Notes: generated from the letters alone by a model not told the origin. DNA of 64,000 bases from Pararhodobacter sp. (GCA_020832805.1 JAFIED010000006.1:15336-79335); one strand, 5' to 3'. Shown: positions 1-10,291, counted from the first letter of the stretch. Numbers and translations are program-made.

Positions 1-28
1 AACCGTCACGGCCCGCACCATGGCACGG

Positions 29-1129
29 TCATGCCATCGCATGGCGCAGGATCTGCGCCTCGGGCGTGGTCAGGCAGCGCCGGGCCTCGGGGCCCAGCCG
101 GTACGGTGCGGCAACCAGACCCGGGCAAGCCCGCTCAATTGACCGCGCATGCCAGTTCAGCACCGCCGGGTCGGCCAATCCGGGATGGAAGCTCTCGCAG
201 GCAAGACCGTTGGCGCTGATGATCTGGTGCCCGGGAAACATGAGATGCACATAGACGACGCTGGACAGGGTAAAGTCCCGCCGGATGCCGCGCCCGTCTT
301 GCAGATCGGCGGCGGTGACCAGTACCTCGGGCGTGTTGAACAGCGCCTCCCGGTCACGCAGCATCAGCCGGTGGCCGGGCGAGACGACCAGATCTTCTGC
401 TGGGGCATCGCCTGCCCCACCAGTCCCGGCCAGCGCCCCCGACAGGGCGCCTGCGCGAATCCGCACGGGGCGCAGATGGGGATACAGGAACAGTTCCGCC
501 CCGCTCAGTTGCGTTTCTCCCCGCCACATGACCGGCTGTGGCCCGTTGTCACGCGTCAGAACCCTGTCGCCGGGCACCAGCCCCTCGATCGGGCGCGGGC
601 CACGGGGTGTGTCGATGCGCGTGCCGGGCAAGAAACAGATCACCCCGCCCCGGCGAGATGCCGGCGCGCGGGGCGGCTGCCAGGCGCAGACCCAAAGCTC
701 GTGATCCTGCGGCGGCAGGAAGGGGGCGAATGCGGCCAGAACCCGCCCGCCGTCGCGCACCAGCCGTGCATGATAAACGTGGCAGCCATCGGTCAGGCTG
801 ACGCTGTCCGGGGGCAGATCAGCCTGGGCAGGCACCATCGGCATGCCATCGGCGTCCGGCAGGCGCGATGCTCCGGGTTGTGTCCGGGCATCCGCAAGCC
901 CCCGCAACCGCCCGACCCGCCTGCGTGCGCCTGCGCGCCTGTCGGGCATGCGCAGGCTACCTTGCAGCCACAGCGCCTCTGGCCCCGCATCCAGCTTGGT
1001 AGCGCGGCCATGCCATCGCCACGACATCCCCGTTGTCATCATTTCGGGCGCCAATCCCGGCTCATCGCCCAGCAACACCTGCGCCCAGTCCACCGCAAAA
1101 ACGCCGCGGTACCCGGTAACCCTGCTCAT
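29..1129 (-). CDS. Hint domain-containing protein (Hint_2 / bacterial intein-like type B)
   Basis: C-terminal half has VICFLPGTRIDTPRGPRPIEGL..GDRVLTRDNGPQPVMW, LVVSPGHR and YVHLMF..HQIISANGLACESFHPG, the typical Rhodobacteraceae Hint_2 motifs. Confidence 0.9.
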   Translation of the reverse strand: MSRVTGYRGVFAVDWAQVLLGDEPGLAPEMMTTGMSWRWHGRATKLDAGPEALWLQGSLRMPDRRAGARRRVGRLRGLADARTQPGASRLPDADGMPMVPAQADLPPDSVSLTDGCHVYHARLVRDGGRVLAAFAPFLPPQDHELWVCAWQPPRAPASRRGGVICFLPGTRIDTPRGPRPIEGLVPGDRVLTRDNGPQPVMWRGETQLSGAELFLYPHLRPVRIRAGALSGALAGTGGAGDAPAEDLVVSPGHRLMLRDREALFNTPEVLVTAADLQDGRGIRRDFTLSSVVYVHLMFPGHQIISANGLACESFHPGLADPAVLNWHARSIERACPGLVAAPYRLGPEARRCLTTPEAQILRHAMA

Positions 1130-1296
1130 CTGCCTGCCTGTTCTTGTTTTGACTTTGTTAGCAAGAAAACAGGACTCTGCCCAGAAAAACCTTTGCCCGG
1201 GCAGGCTGCAGGCAGCGCCAGGGCAAAATGGCAGGGGATAGCCGGGATGCGCACGGGCTGACGCAGACCGCGAACCGGATCACCCCTGCCCGCTCA

Positions 1297-1521
1297 TCAG
1301 ATGCTCAGCAACTTGTCGCGAAAAACGTGGCGCACAATATCGTCCCGGCTGATCCCGCGCGCTGCAAGCTCTGCATCGTTGAGGGATTCATAGAATTCGA
1401 CCTGCGCCCGGCGCGCGCGGCGGTCGGCATAGACCTCCAGCCCATGGCCAAGCCGGGAAAGCATGGTGTCGGTGATCTGACGGAAAGTGGCAGGCGCGCT
1501 GCCAGACGTGATGTAAGCCAT
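1297..1521 (-). CDS. small DUF1127-like protein
   Basis: 74 aa, Arg-rich, with LNDAELAARGISRDDI resembling the DUF1127 L-x-D-x-x-L-x-D-I-G core. Confidence 0.65.
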   Translation of the reverse strand: MAYITSGSAPATFRQITDTMLSRLGHGLEVYADRRARRAQVEFYESLNDAELAARGISRDDIVRHVFRDKLLSI

Positions 1522-1611
1522 TTCGGAAACCCCTTTACTGGCGTGGTTTCCCCCCTTGCCATCAAGTTAGGACATAAGCGCTGCCCTATCCACCGCCGAT
1601 CCGGAAGGCCG

Positions 1612-1632
1612 GCCATGCACTGTGCTCATGGC
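1612..1632. promoter_or_regulatory. putative LysR-type binding site (T-N11-A dyad)
   Basis: GCCATG-cactgtgct-CATGGC inverted repeat in the divergent intergenic region, about 90 bp upstream of the DUF1127-like gene. Confidence 0.35.
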
Positions 1633-1792
1633 TGTTCTCGCCCTGCCCCTTGTTTGTGCAGGGCGCTGCAATGACGGGCGCCCGGGCCCATTCCGGCAGG
1701 CCGATCCGACGCCCCGAAGCATTGCGCGCCCGCGCCTGTCTGCCTAGGATCGGACCCGCGAGCAGGATAGCGGCAGTCAGTGCAGGGAAACC

Positions 1793-3082
1793 ATGTCAGA
1801 GAACAAGACGATTCTTATTGCCGGGGGCGGCATCGGGGGGCTGTGCCTGGCGCTGACCCTGCACCAGATCGGCCTGCGCTGTATCGTGTTCGAATCCGCG
1901 CGCGAGATGAAGCCGATGGGCGTGGGGATCAACATCCAGCCCAATGCCGTGCGCGAGCTGTTCGATCTGGGCCTTGGCGCCGCCATGCTGGATACGGTCG
2001 GCCTTCCTGCGCGCGAATGGGCGCTGGTGGGGCTGAACGGCAACGATATCCACGCCGAGCCACGCGGGCTGGACGCGGGCTATCGCTGGCCCCAGTACGC
2101 GGTGCATCGCGGCGCCTTTCACATGTTGCTGTATCACGAGGTCCTGCGCCGCCTTGGCCCCGACGCCGTGCAACTGGGCACAAGGCTGACGCACTATGCA
2201 CCAGACTGCGCCGGGGGTGTGAGCGCGCATCTGGCACATGCCGATGGCACCACCAGCCAGCTGCCTGGCGCCTTGCTGATCGGCGCGGATGGCATTCATT
2301 CGGCCGTGCGCGCCCAGATGCACCCGGATCAGCCCCCCATCCACTGGGGCGGGGTGCTGATGTGGCGCGGCACGGTGCGCGACCGGCCGATCCGTACCGG
2401 GTCGTCCTTTGTGGGACTGGGCACCCATGCGCACCGCATGGTGATCTATCCGATATCACGACCGGACAGCGACGGGCGCGCGCTGATCAACTGGATCGCC
2501 GAGGTCACAGTTGACCCGGGGCAAGGCTGGCAGAACAAGGGGTGGTTCAAACCCGCAAGCGTGGATGATTTCATCCACCATTTCGAAGATTTCCGCTATG
2601 ACTGGCTTGACGTGCCCGCCATGCTGCGGCGCGCCGACATCGCCTATGAGAACCCGATGATCGACCGCGACCCGATACCGACCTGGGTTAACGGGCCGGT
2701 GGCGCTGATGGGCGATGCGGCGCATGCGATGTATCCCACCGGGTCGAACGGCGCCAGCCAGGCCATCATCGATGCGCGCATGATCGGGGCGAAACTGCTG
2801 GAACACGGGCTGAACCCTCAGGCGCTGGCGGCCTATGACGCGCAGCTATGCGCCCCGGTCTCGGCACTGGTATTGCGCAACCGCGGCGCCGGCCCGTTCG
2901 GCATGCTGAACATCGTTGACGAGCGCTGTGGCGGGACATTCGATGACATCGAAACGGTGTTCCCGGCCAAAGAGCGCGCAGCCTTCATGGCCGGCTACAA
3001 AGCGGCAGCGGGCTTTGCCGTAGAACGGTTGAATGCCCAGCCGCCCCTTATTGCCGAGGGGGCACGCATGACACGCGCCTGA
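1793..3082 (+). CDS. FAD-dependent monooxygenase/oxidoreductase (salicylate hydroxylase/UbiH-like)
   Basis: GGGIGG Rossmann motif, GADGIHS (DG motif), GDAAHAMYP..SNGASQAI (GD motif). Confidence 0.9.
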   Translation: MSENKTILIAGGGIGGLCLALTLHQIGLRCIVFESAREMKPMGVGINIQPNAVRELFDLGLGAAMLDTVGLPAREWALVGLNGNDIHAEPRGLDAGYRWPQYAVHRGAFHMLLYHEVLRRLGPDAVQLGTRLTHYAPDCAGGVSAHLAHADGTTSQLPGALLIGADGIHSAVRAQMHPDQPPIHWGGVLMWRGTVRDRPIRTGSSFVGLGTHAHRMVIYPISRPDSDGRALINWIAEVTVDPGQGWQNKGWFKPASVDDFIHHFEDFRYDWLDVPAMLRRADIAYENPMIDRDPIPTWVNGPVALMGDAAHAMYPTGSNGASQAIIDARMIGAKLLEHGLNPQALAAYDAQLCAPVSALVLRNRGAGPFGMLNIVDERCGGTFDDIETVFPAKERAAFMAGYKAAAGFAVERLNAQPPLIAEGARMTRA

Positions 3083-3089
3083 CATACGC

Positions 3090-3974
3090 CTAGCGGTTGA
3101 TCAGGTCCTTGTTGTGCTTGCGCACCAGCAACAGCCCCAGGAACATGGGTATAAGAATCCAGACCATGACATACGGGATGGAGATATACTCGGGCCGATA
3201 GAGCGGGTAAAAACCATCGCGCATGAGACCGGTGAGATGCAAGAGTGGGTTATACCACAGATAGCGCTGCGCGATCTCGGGCATCGCCTCGTAATGCACG
3301 ATCACACCCGAAATGATCATCAGCGGTGCGGTCAGGATGCTCCAGACATTCTGGTAAACCGGCACCCTTTCGAACAAGAAGCAGTTCAGCGCCCCGATCC
3401 CGAAGCCCAAAGCCAGCGCCAGGGCGACAGCCAGAGCCACCTTGGGCCAGTCCAGCACGGTGCGGATGCCTTCGTAGATCATGATGCCGCTCAGAATGAT
3501 GCCAATCACCGCAATCATCAGAACGGTGTTCAGGAAAAAGCGGCTGAGCAGGGCATCGGTCCAGGTGACCCCCGGATAGAACAGCAAGGCCTTGGAATAG
3601 GACAACCCCTTGCCCACCACCGAGCCGATTTCCCTGAAGGCGCGCAGGATAAGCAGCCCCGTTGCCTTGTACAGCAGAAAACTGGTGCCCAGGCTGGGCG
3701 TTTTCATCAACAGCGACCATGCGAACGCCAGCACCACGATGGTAAACAGAGGTTGCAGGACCGCCCAGACGTAACCGCCGGGCTTGCGCCCGAAACGCGT
3801 GGTCATCTCGCGCAGGGTCAAGGCCATGATCGAACGGATGGTGCGCGATTCGACAGGCATCCGCTGACCTGCGCCAGCGCCGGCGCCGGCGCCTGTTCGC
3901 GGCGGAATGCCCACGGGGGGCGGGATGCTGGTAATGTCTGTCACGGAATCCGCCGATACTGGGTTTTCCGACAT
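3090..3974 (-). CDS. capsular polysaccharide ABC exporter inner-membrane permease (KpsM/BexB-like)
   Basis: REMTTRFGRKPGGYVWAVLQP, six hydrophobic segments, WYNPLLHLTGLMRDGFY; start uncertain. Confidence 0.85.
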   Translation of the reverse strand: MSENPVSADSVTDITSIPPPVGIPPRTGAGAGAGAGQRMPVESRTIRSIMALTLREMTTRFGRKPGGYVWAVLQPLFTIVVLAFAWSLLMKTPSLGTSFLLYKATGLLILRAFREIGSVVGKGLSYSKALLFYPGVTWTDALLSRFFLNTVLMIAVIGIILSGIMIYEGIRTVLDWPKVALAVALALALGFGIGALNCFLFERVPVYQNVWSILTAPLMIISGVIVHYEAMPEIAQRYLWYNPLLHLTGLMRDGFYPLYRPEYISIPYVMVWILIPMFLGLLLVRKHNKDLINR

Positions 3975-4363
3975 ATGCCGCAAACTGCGATGGAATTCAA
4001 AGGCAACAACTGGTGATCACTGCGTTGACGCCCTTGACACAGAAACAGGCGGGCGTGGCAAGGGACAATCGCGCATACGGCTTTCGCGCCATGGGCTTCT
4101 GGCTGGTTGCGCCCGGCGCATGCCGGGCCGGTCAGGCCCTGGCCGGCAACTTGTACCACACCGCGGCGCGCGAATCCGGTTCATGATTTGCGATCCGATC
4201 ACTTTTGCAATAGCGTCAGCTGTGCGGGGTCCGCGCTGGCACGCCGCGACACCGAAGCTGCAGCGCGGTCACACCAGGCTGCCACCGTTTGAGGGGCTGG
4301 CACCTGCGCTGGCAATCAAGGGGTGATTTTCCCTGCAATTCATTGGGCAACCAAGGAGGAGAC

Positions 4364-4777
4364 ATGTTCAGCAAGATACTCTTGCCGGTCGATCTGGCCC
4401 ATGTGGAACGGCTGCAAAAGGCGCTGGATGTCGCGGCCGACATGGCAGCGCATCACGGGGCGACGATCATCTGTCTTGGGGTGACCGAGTCAACACCCGG
4501 GCCAATTGCCCGGACCCCTGCCGAATACACGGCAAAGCTTGACGCCTTTGCCGCCGATCTGGGCAGAAAGCATGGCATTGCTGTTCAAGGCATCAGCCTC
4601 GTCAGCACTGACCCTGCGGCCGAGATCAACAAGCTTATCCTGAAGGCAGTTCGCGATACCGGCGCCGACCTGGTGGTGATGGCCAGTCACATGCCGATCC
4701 TGCTGGATCACGTTCTGCCATCGCATGGCGGCTATGTGGCCGAACACGCCGGCATTTCCGTCATGGTGGTTCGCTGA
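4364..4777 (+). CDS. universal stress protein
   Basis: MFSKILLPVDL...ADLVVMASH..SHGGYVAEHAGISVMVVR; AGGAGG RBS before ATG 4364. Confidence 0.9.
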   Translation: MFSKILLPVDLAHVERLQKALDVAADMAAHHGATIICLGVTESTPGPIARTPAEYTAKLDAFAADLGRKHGIAVQGISLVSTDPAAEINKLILKAVRDTGADLVVMASHMPILLDHVLPSHGGYVAEHAGISVMVVR

Positions 4778-4839
4778 CGGGCAGCGAAAAGCGCAAGAAC
4801 AACAAGAAATTGCGCGAAACGAGAAACGAGAGGACAGAC

Positions 4840-6507
4840 ATGACCCAAAACGATCATGACTCACCCCAGTCAGAGACCGCAGCGGACGCCGTCGAACCGA
4901 TCCCGGAACCCGAGGGCGAGACAGAAATCATCGAGACCGAGTACCAGATCGGCCAGGACAATGTCTCGCGATCCTGGGTGCTGACATTCGATGTGCATCA
5001 ACCCGTCTTCAGCATCTCGGCCCTTCTGGTGGTTGCCTTCACCTTTCTGACGCTGGCATTCCAGAACGAGGCCGAACCCCTGTTTACCGGCCTGCGTGAC
5101 TGGCTGACAGGCAATCTTGACTGGTTCTTCCTGGCGGCGGGCAACATCTTCGTCCTGTTGTGCCTGGGGCTGATTGTCTCGCCCCTGGGCAAGGTTCGCC
5201 TGGGCGGCCCGGAGGCCACGCCGGACTTCGGCTATGCCGGATGGTTCGCCATGCTGTTTGCCGCCGGCATGGGCATCGGCCTGATGTTCTTTGGCGTGTC
5301 CGAACCGATGTCGCATTTCGATGCCGCGCTGGCGGGCACCGCAACGGGCGAAGACGGCCTGCGCACCGACTGGGCGCCGCTGGGTGGCGCCGAGGGCAAC
5401 ACCGCCGAGGCGCAACGCCTGGGCATGGCGGCGACGATCTTTCACTGGGGCCTGCACCCCTGGGCGATCTATGCCGTGGTGGCGCTGGCGCTGGCGCTGT
5501 TTTCCTACAACAAGGGCCTGCCACTGACCCTGCGTTCGGCCTTTTACCCCATCTTTGGCGAACGTGTCTGGGGCTGGCCGGGTCATATCATCGACATCCT
5601 GGCCATCATCGCCACCGTCTTCGGCCTGGCAACATCGCTGGGTATCGGCGCGCAGCAGGCGGCAGCGGGTCTTGGCTTTCTGTTCGGGCTGGGCACCGGC
5701 AATTCGATGCTGATCTTCCTGATCATCTTCATCACCGCCATTGCGATCGGTTCCATCATTCGCGGGCTAGAGGGCGGGGTGAAACGGCTGTCGGAATTCA
5801 ACATGATCCTGGCAGCCCTTTTGCTGGCCTTCATCCTGCTGGTCGGCCCCACGATGGACATCATCACCGGCTTCTTTTCCAACCTTGTTGCCTATGGCCA
5901 GTATCTGCCGGCGCTGTCGATGCCCTTCGGGCGCGAGGACAGCAACTTTGCCCAGGGGTGGACAGCCTTTTACTGGGCCTGGTGGATCAGCTGGTCGCCG
6001 TTTGTCGGCATGTTCATTGCCCGGGTCAGCCGCGGCCGGACCGTGCGCGAATTCCTGATTGCCGTCCTGATCGTGCCGACCATCCTGTCGGTTCTCTGGA
6101 TGACGGCGATGGGGGGCACCGCCATCGGCCAGGTGCTGAACGACGGCTTTACCGGCGTGCAGGAAGCCGCGCTTGAGCTGAAGCTGTTCCAGATGCTGAC
6201 GCAACTGCCCCTGACCATGATCACCTCGGTGATCGGTATCACGCTGGTGGTGGTGTTCTTTGTCACCTCGTCGGATTCGGGCTCGTTGGTGATCGACACC
6301 ATTGCCGCGGGCGGCAAGGTCAATGCGCCGGTGGGCCAGCGCATTTTCTGGGCCAGCTTCGAGGGGCTTGTGGCGATTGCGCTGCTGCTGGGCGGCGGGC
6401 TGGCGGCCCTGCAGGCGATGGCGGTATCAACCGGTCTGCCGTTCACGCTGGTACTGCTGGGTGCGTGCTATGCCATCGTGCGCGGGCTGATGAACGAACC
6501 GCGCTAG
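4840..6507 (+). CDS. BCCT family (betaine/choline/carnitine) transporter
   Basis: WFAMLFAAGMGIGLMFFGVSEP, FHWGLHPWAIY, WTAFYWAWWISWSPFVGMFIARVSRGRT, FFVTSSDSGS. Confidence 0.95.
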   Translation: MTQNDHDSPQSETAADAVEPIPEPEGETEIIETEYQIGQDNVSRSWVLTFDVHQPVFSISALLVVAFTFLTLAFQNEAEPLFTGLRDWLTGNLDWFFLAAGNIFVLLCLGLIVSPLGKVRLGGPEATPDFGYAGWFAMLFAAGMGIGLMFFGVSEPMSHFDAALAGTATGEDGLRTDWAPLGGAEGNTAEAQRLGMAATIFHWGLHPWAIYAVVALALALFSYNKGLPLTLRSAFYPIFGERVWGWPGHIIDILAIIATVFGLATSLGIGAQQAAAGLGFLFGLGTGNSMLIFLIIFITAIAIGSIIRGLEGGVKRLSEFNMILAALLLAFILLVGPTMDIITGFFSNLVAYGQYLPALSMPFGREDSNFAQGWTAFYWAWWISWSPFVGMFIARVSRGRTVREFLIAVLIVPTILSVLWMTAMGGTAIGQVLNDGFTGVQEAALELKLFQMLTQLPLTMITSVIGITLVVVFFVTSSDSGSLVIDTIAAGGKVNAPVGQRIFWASFEGLVAIALLLGGGLAALQAMAVSTGLPFTLVLLGACYAIVRGLMNEPR

Positions 6508-6727
6508 AACCCATGGCGGCCAGCGTCGCCTTGATGGCGCGGGCCGCAGCCGGACAGCCACGGCAGACACGGCGGAACCGTGCAGCGGCAGGCGGGTTGA
6601 ATGCACAGGCCTGCCACGAATGTGCGGTTGCCAGCACGCCCGGCGCCTGTCAGGCAAGGCACTGTCTTTCGTGCCGGCCCAATGCCGGGGCAAAGACAGG
6701 AAGCCCCCTTGCCCCAGGTTGACGCCA

Positions 6728-8710
6728 ATGCCCGACTTGCCCCTGACCCCGCCCCAGATGATGATCCTTGCCATTCTGGCAGCCACGATGGCGGCGTTCA
6801 TCTGGGGGCGCTATCGGCATGATATCGTGGCCTTGGCGGCACTCATGGCCTGCGTCCTGACCGGTCTGGTGCCCGCCGCCGAGGCCTTTGCCGGGTTCGG
6901 GCACCCGGCGGTGATTACCGTGGCCTGTGTGCTGGTTCTCAGCCACGGGTTGCAGAACTCGGGCGCCGTCGATGCCCTGAGCCGCACGGTATTGCCAGCC
7001 GGCGGCGGGCGGATCGGGGCCCTGACCGCCCTGGTGGCCCTGGGCGCCACGCTGTCGGCCTTCATGAACAATGTCGGCGCCCTGGCGCTGCTGATGCCGG
7101 TTTCGGTGCAGCTCGCCAACCGGCTGGATATCCCCCCCGGGCAGGTACTGATGCCCTTGTCCTTTGGCACCATCCTGGGCGGCATGACCACGTTGATCGG
7201 CACACCGCCCAACCTGATTGTCTCCGGGTTTCGGGCGCAAACCGATGCCGGCGCCTTTGGCATGTTCGACTTTCTGCCGGTTGGCGGGGCTGTTGCCCTG
7301 GCGGGTGTTGTCTTTGTCGTGGTCATCGGCTGGCGGCTGGTGCCCCGCCGCCGCCCCGCCAGCGGCGACACCTTCGAGACCGGCACCTACATGACCGAGG
7401 TGCGCGTGCCCGAACGCAGCAAGGCCGCCGGCATGACCCTGCGCGCATTCGAGCGGGAACTGGGCGAGGACGGCACACAGGTCCTGGCGATGGTGCGCAA
7501 CGATGTGCGGATCACCGTGCCCCATGGCGGGCGGCGCATCCGGGCCAATGATATCCTGGTGCTTGAAACCGGGGTCGATGGGCTGGCCGATGCCCTTGCC
7601 GCCTTCAACATGGCGCTGGAGGAGCAGGGCAGTTCATCGGAAAAGGACGAAGAAGAAAAGGACCAGGAAAAGGCAGCCACCGCCAGGGCGACACCGCCGG
7701 CCCGGGCCGCCACTGCGCCCGGCCCGAAGGCATCATCGGGCAAGGCAGGGGCCCGCGACGACGATCAACCAGAAAACGCAAAGGGCGACACCGAAGACGA
7801 CACCAGGGACGATGCGGAAAAAGACACCAGGCGCGACAAGACAAAGCACGAGGAAGACATCGTCCTGCGCGAACTGGTGGTCATGCCCGCCTCCCCGATC
7901 GCCGGCCAATCGGCCACGGATCTGCGGTTGCGCACCCGTTACGGGCTGAACCTGCTGGCCATTTCGCGCTCTGGTCATCCATCGCGCGCCCGCCTGCGCA
8001 CCCTGAAGCTGCGCGCGGGCGATTTGCTGCTGATGCAGGGCCCGGCCGAAGTGATGAGCGATTTCATGCAGGAAACGGGCTGTGTGCCTCTGGGTCAGCG
8101 CAATCTGCGCCTGCCAGACAGGCGCCGCGCCCTGACGGCGGCCGCCATCATGCTGGGCGCGGTCGGTGCGGTCACCGTGGGCCTGCTGCCCGCCGCAGCG
8201 GCCTTTGCGCTGGCGGTTCTGGTGTCGGTTCTGCTGAACACGGTGCCGGCAAGGCAGCTTTACCACGCCATCGACTGGCCCGTGGTGGTATTGCTGGCCG
8301 CGCTGATCCCGGTGGCGGGGGCGATGCAGGCAACCGGCACCGCCAGCATACTGGCGCGCCTGATGCTGGACGGTATCGCCCAGGGGCATGCGATTGCAGC
8401 ACTGGCCGTGGTTCTTGTGCTGACCATGGTCCTGTCCGACGTGATGAACAACGCCGCCACCGCAGCCGTGATGTGCCCGGTCGCGTTGGGGGTGGCCGCC
8501 GCGCTGGGCACGAATGCCGACAGCTTTCTGATGGCGGTTGCCATCGGCGCCTCCTGCGCCTTTCTGACCCCGATCGGGCATCAGAACAACACGCTGATCC
8601 TGGGGCCTGGCGGTTTTGGCTTTGGCGACTACTGGCGCCTGGGCCTGCCGCTTCAGGTGCTGATCGTCGCCGTCAGCCTGCCGCTGTTGCTGGTTTTCTG
8701 GCCGCTGTAA
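6728..8710 (+). CDS. SLC13 family permease with two TrkA-C domains
   Basis: SAFMNNVGA, GGMTTLIGTPPNL, two TrkA-C-like segments separated by a charged low-complexity linker, FLTPIGHQNN. Confidence 0.9.
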   Translation: MPDLPLTPPQMMILAILAATMAAFIWGRYRHDIVALAALMACVLTGLVPAAEAFAGFGHPAVITVACVLVLSHGLQNSGAVDALSRTVLPAGGGRIGALTALVALGATLSAFMNNVGALALLMPVSVQLANRLDIPPGQVLMPLSFGTILGGMTTLIGTPPNLIVSGFRAQTDAGAFGMFDFLPVGGAVALAGVVFVVVIGWRLVPRRRPASGDTFETGTYMTEVRVPERSKAAGMTLRAFERELGEDGTQVLAMVRNDVRITVPHGGRRIRANDILVLETGVDGLADALAAFNMALEEQGSSSEKDEEEKDQEKAATARATPPARAATAPGPKASSGKAGARDDDQPENAKGDTEDDTRDDAEKDTRRDKTKHEEDIVLRELVVMPASPIAGQSATDLRLRTRYGLNLLAISRSGHPSRARLRTLKLRAGDLLLMQGPAEVMSDFMQETGCVPLGQRNLRLPDRRRALTAAAIMLGAVGAVTVGLLPAAAAFALAVLVSVLLNTVPARQLYHAIDWPVVVLLAALIPVAGAMQATGTASILARLMLDGIAQGHAIAALAVVLVLTMVLSDVMNNAATAAVMCPVALGVAAALGTNADSFLMAVAIGASCAFLTPIGHQNNTLILGPGGFGFGDYWRLGLPLQVLIVAVSLPLLLVFWPL

Positions 8711-8723
8711 CCGGGCGGGCCGT

Positions 8724-9926
8724 TCAACCACGCAGCCTGTCGCGTTCCAGCAGCAGGCTGACGATCAGGCCGAAAACCAGCGCCCAGAAGGGCGCACCGA
8801 TGTTCAGCAACGGCAGCCCGGCCAGCGTGACCAGAAACGCCACCAGCGCGCCCAGGGGCAGGCGCGGATCGAACGCGGTCTGGAACGCGCCCTGCAGCGT
8901 GCGCAACAATGCCAGCGCGGCAAGCGTGGCGACAAAGGCCACGGGTGTCGCCAGCAACAGGCCGGTCACCAAGGGGGCGAAGATGCCGAACAGAATGCCC
9001 ATGCCCCCCAGCAGGGCCGCCGCCAGCCAGTGCCAGCGCATCTGCCCGCTGGACACCAGAATCGCATTCGATGGCCCGGTCAGGCAGGTCGAAACGCTGC
9101 CGAACAGGGCCGTCACCAGCGATGTGCCGCCACAGGCCGTTGTCACGGCATTGACCGGTGGGTTGTGGCCAGCCTGCCGCAAGATCACGATCCCTTGCGC
9201 ATTCTGCGCCGCGATCACCGTGATCGCCAGCGGCACCACCAGTTCCACAGCCGCGGCAACGGTAAACCGCGGGCGGTAAAACGATGGTTCGGCAAACACC
9301 ACATCGGGGCGAAAACCGCGCAGCCCGTCTTGCGCCTCTGCACCCAGAAGCATGACCGCAACCCCCACCACCAGCACCCCGATCATCGGCGGCAGATAGC
9401 GCTGCACACGGGGCATGGCGGAAAGCGCAAAAAAGGTAACGGTCATGGCCGTGACCAGCAGGAACTCTGTCTCGAACGCCCTGATCCAATCCAGCCCGAA
9501 CTGAACAAAGACACCCGCCACCATGCCCATGACAATGGGCAGGGGCAGTCTGTCCATCACCCAGCGCACCCAGCCGGTCAACCCCAGCACCACCAGGGCA
9601 AGACCGGTCAGGATATAGGCGCCGACGACTTCGGCAAAACTGAGTGTCAACAGCGCATTGCCAACCAGCACGGTGCCCGGAATTGTCCAGAAGAAGGCGA
9701 GCGGCTGGCGAAAGGCCCATGACATGCCGATGGTCAGCACACCGTTGATGGCAAAGGCCGCAAATATCCACGAGGCGATATCGGCCTCGTTCAGCCCTCC
9801 GCGCGATCCGGCACTCAGGATGATCGCCACCGGGGCCGATGCGGCGAAAAGGAAGGCGATGAAGGCATTGGTGCTGGCCGTGGCCGCAATCCGCGCGATA
9901 CCCGTTTCAACGCTCTGCCCGGCCAT
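8724..9926 (-). CDS. benE: benzoate/H+ symporter BenE family transporter
   Basis: RQPLAFFWTIPG, VIAAQNAQG, GLPLLNIGAPFWALVFG; polytopic membrane protein. Confidence 0.85.
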   Translation of the reverse strand: MAGQSVETGIARIAATASTNAFIAFLFAASAPVAIILSAGSRGGLNEADIASWIFAAFAINGVLTIGMSWAFRQPLAFFWTIPGTVLVGNALLTLSFAEVVGAYILTGLALVVLGLTGWVRWVMDRLPLPIVMGMVAGVFVQFGLDWIRAFETEFLLVTAMTVTFFALSAMPRVQRYLPPMIGVLVVGVAVMLLGAEAQDGLRGFRPDVVFAEPSFYRPRFTVAAAVELVVPLAITVIAAQNAQGIVILRQAGHNPPVNAVTTACGGTSLVTALFGSVSTCLTGPSNAILVSSGQMRWHWLAAALLGGMGILFGIFAPLVTGLLLATPVAFVATLAALALLRTLQGAFQTAFDPRLPLGALVAFLVTLAGLPLLNIGAPFWALVFGLIVSLLLERDRLRG

Positions 9927-10098
9927 GCCATACCCCGCCCTTGTTTTCGCGCGCGTTCATGCCTGGCCACCCGCGCATGGCCTGCACTGGAAGGCCCCGG
10001 CAACAGGGCAGGCCCGGCCTGTGTCAGACTTCCCGAGGTATCGGGGCAACTAACGGGGGTCAAGCCGCTGCCGGCGTCGCGCGGCGCTGCCCTTGCGG

Positions 10099-10127
10099 TG
10101 ACAGCGCGTTGACAGCGCGTTGACAGC
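10099..10127. repeat. three direct repeats with 11-bp period (TGACAGC / CTGTCA), OmpR/PhoB-box-like
   Basis: TGACAGCGCGT-TGACAGCGCGT-TGACAGC between the divergent benE and degP genes. Confidence 0.6.
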
Positions 10128-10183
10128 TTCGTGTGCAGGGCGCAGTGTCTGGTTCACCTTCGCTTGAAAACCGAGTTGGTTGT

Positions 10184-10210
10184 TTGCACGCTTCACGATT
10201 GTCCCTATCT
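10184..10210 (+). promoter_or_regulatory. putative RpoH (sigma32) promoter of degP
   Basis: TTG-N18-CTATCT about 80 bp upstream of the degP start; resembles the alphaproteobacterial RpoH consensus. Confidence 0.45.
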
Positions 10211-10291
10211 GTAATCACGAAGATTGCATGGCCGCGCTGTCGCCAGACCAAGGTCGACCTGCCGGCGAATTGTGTCACGGGAGAGGATCAC

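Noticed and set aside
1130-1296. Cuckoo/CcsR sRNAs downstream of the DUF1127-like gene
   Set aside because: No CCTCCTCCC loop motifs on the coding strand.
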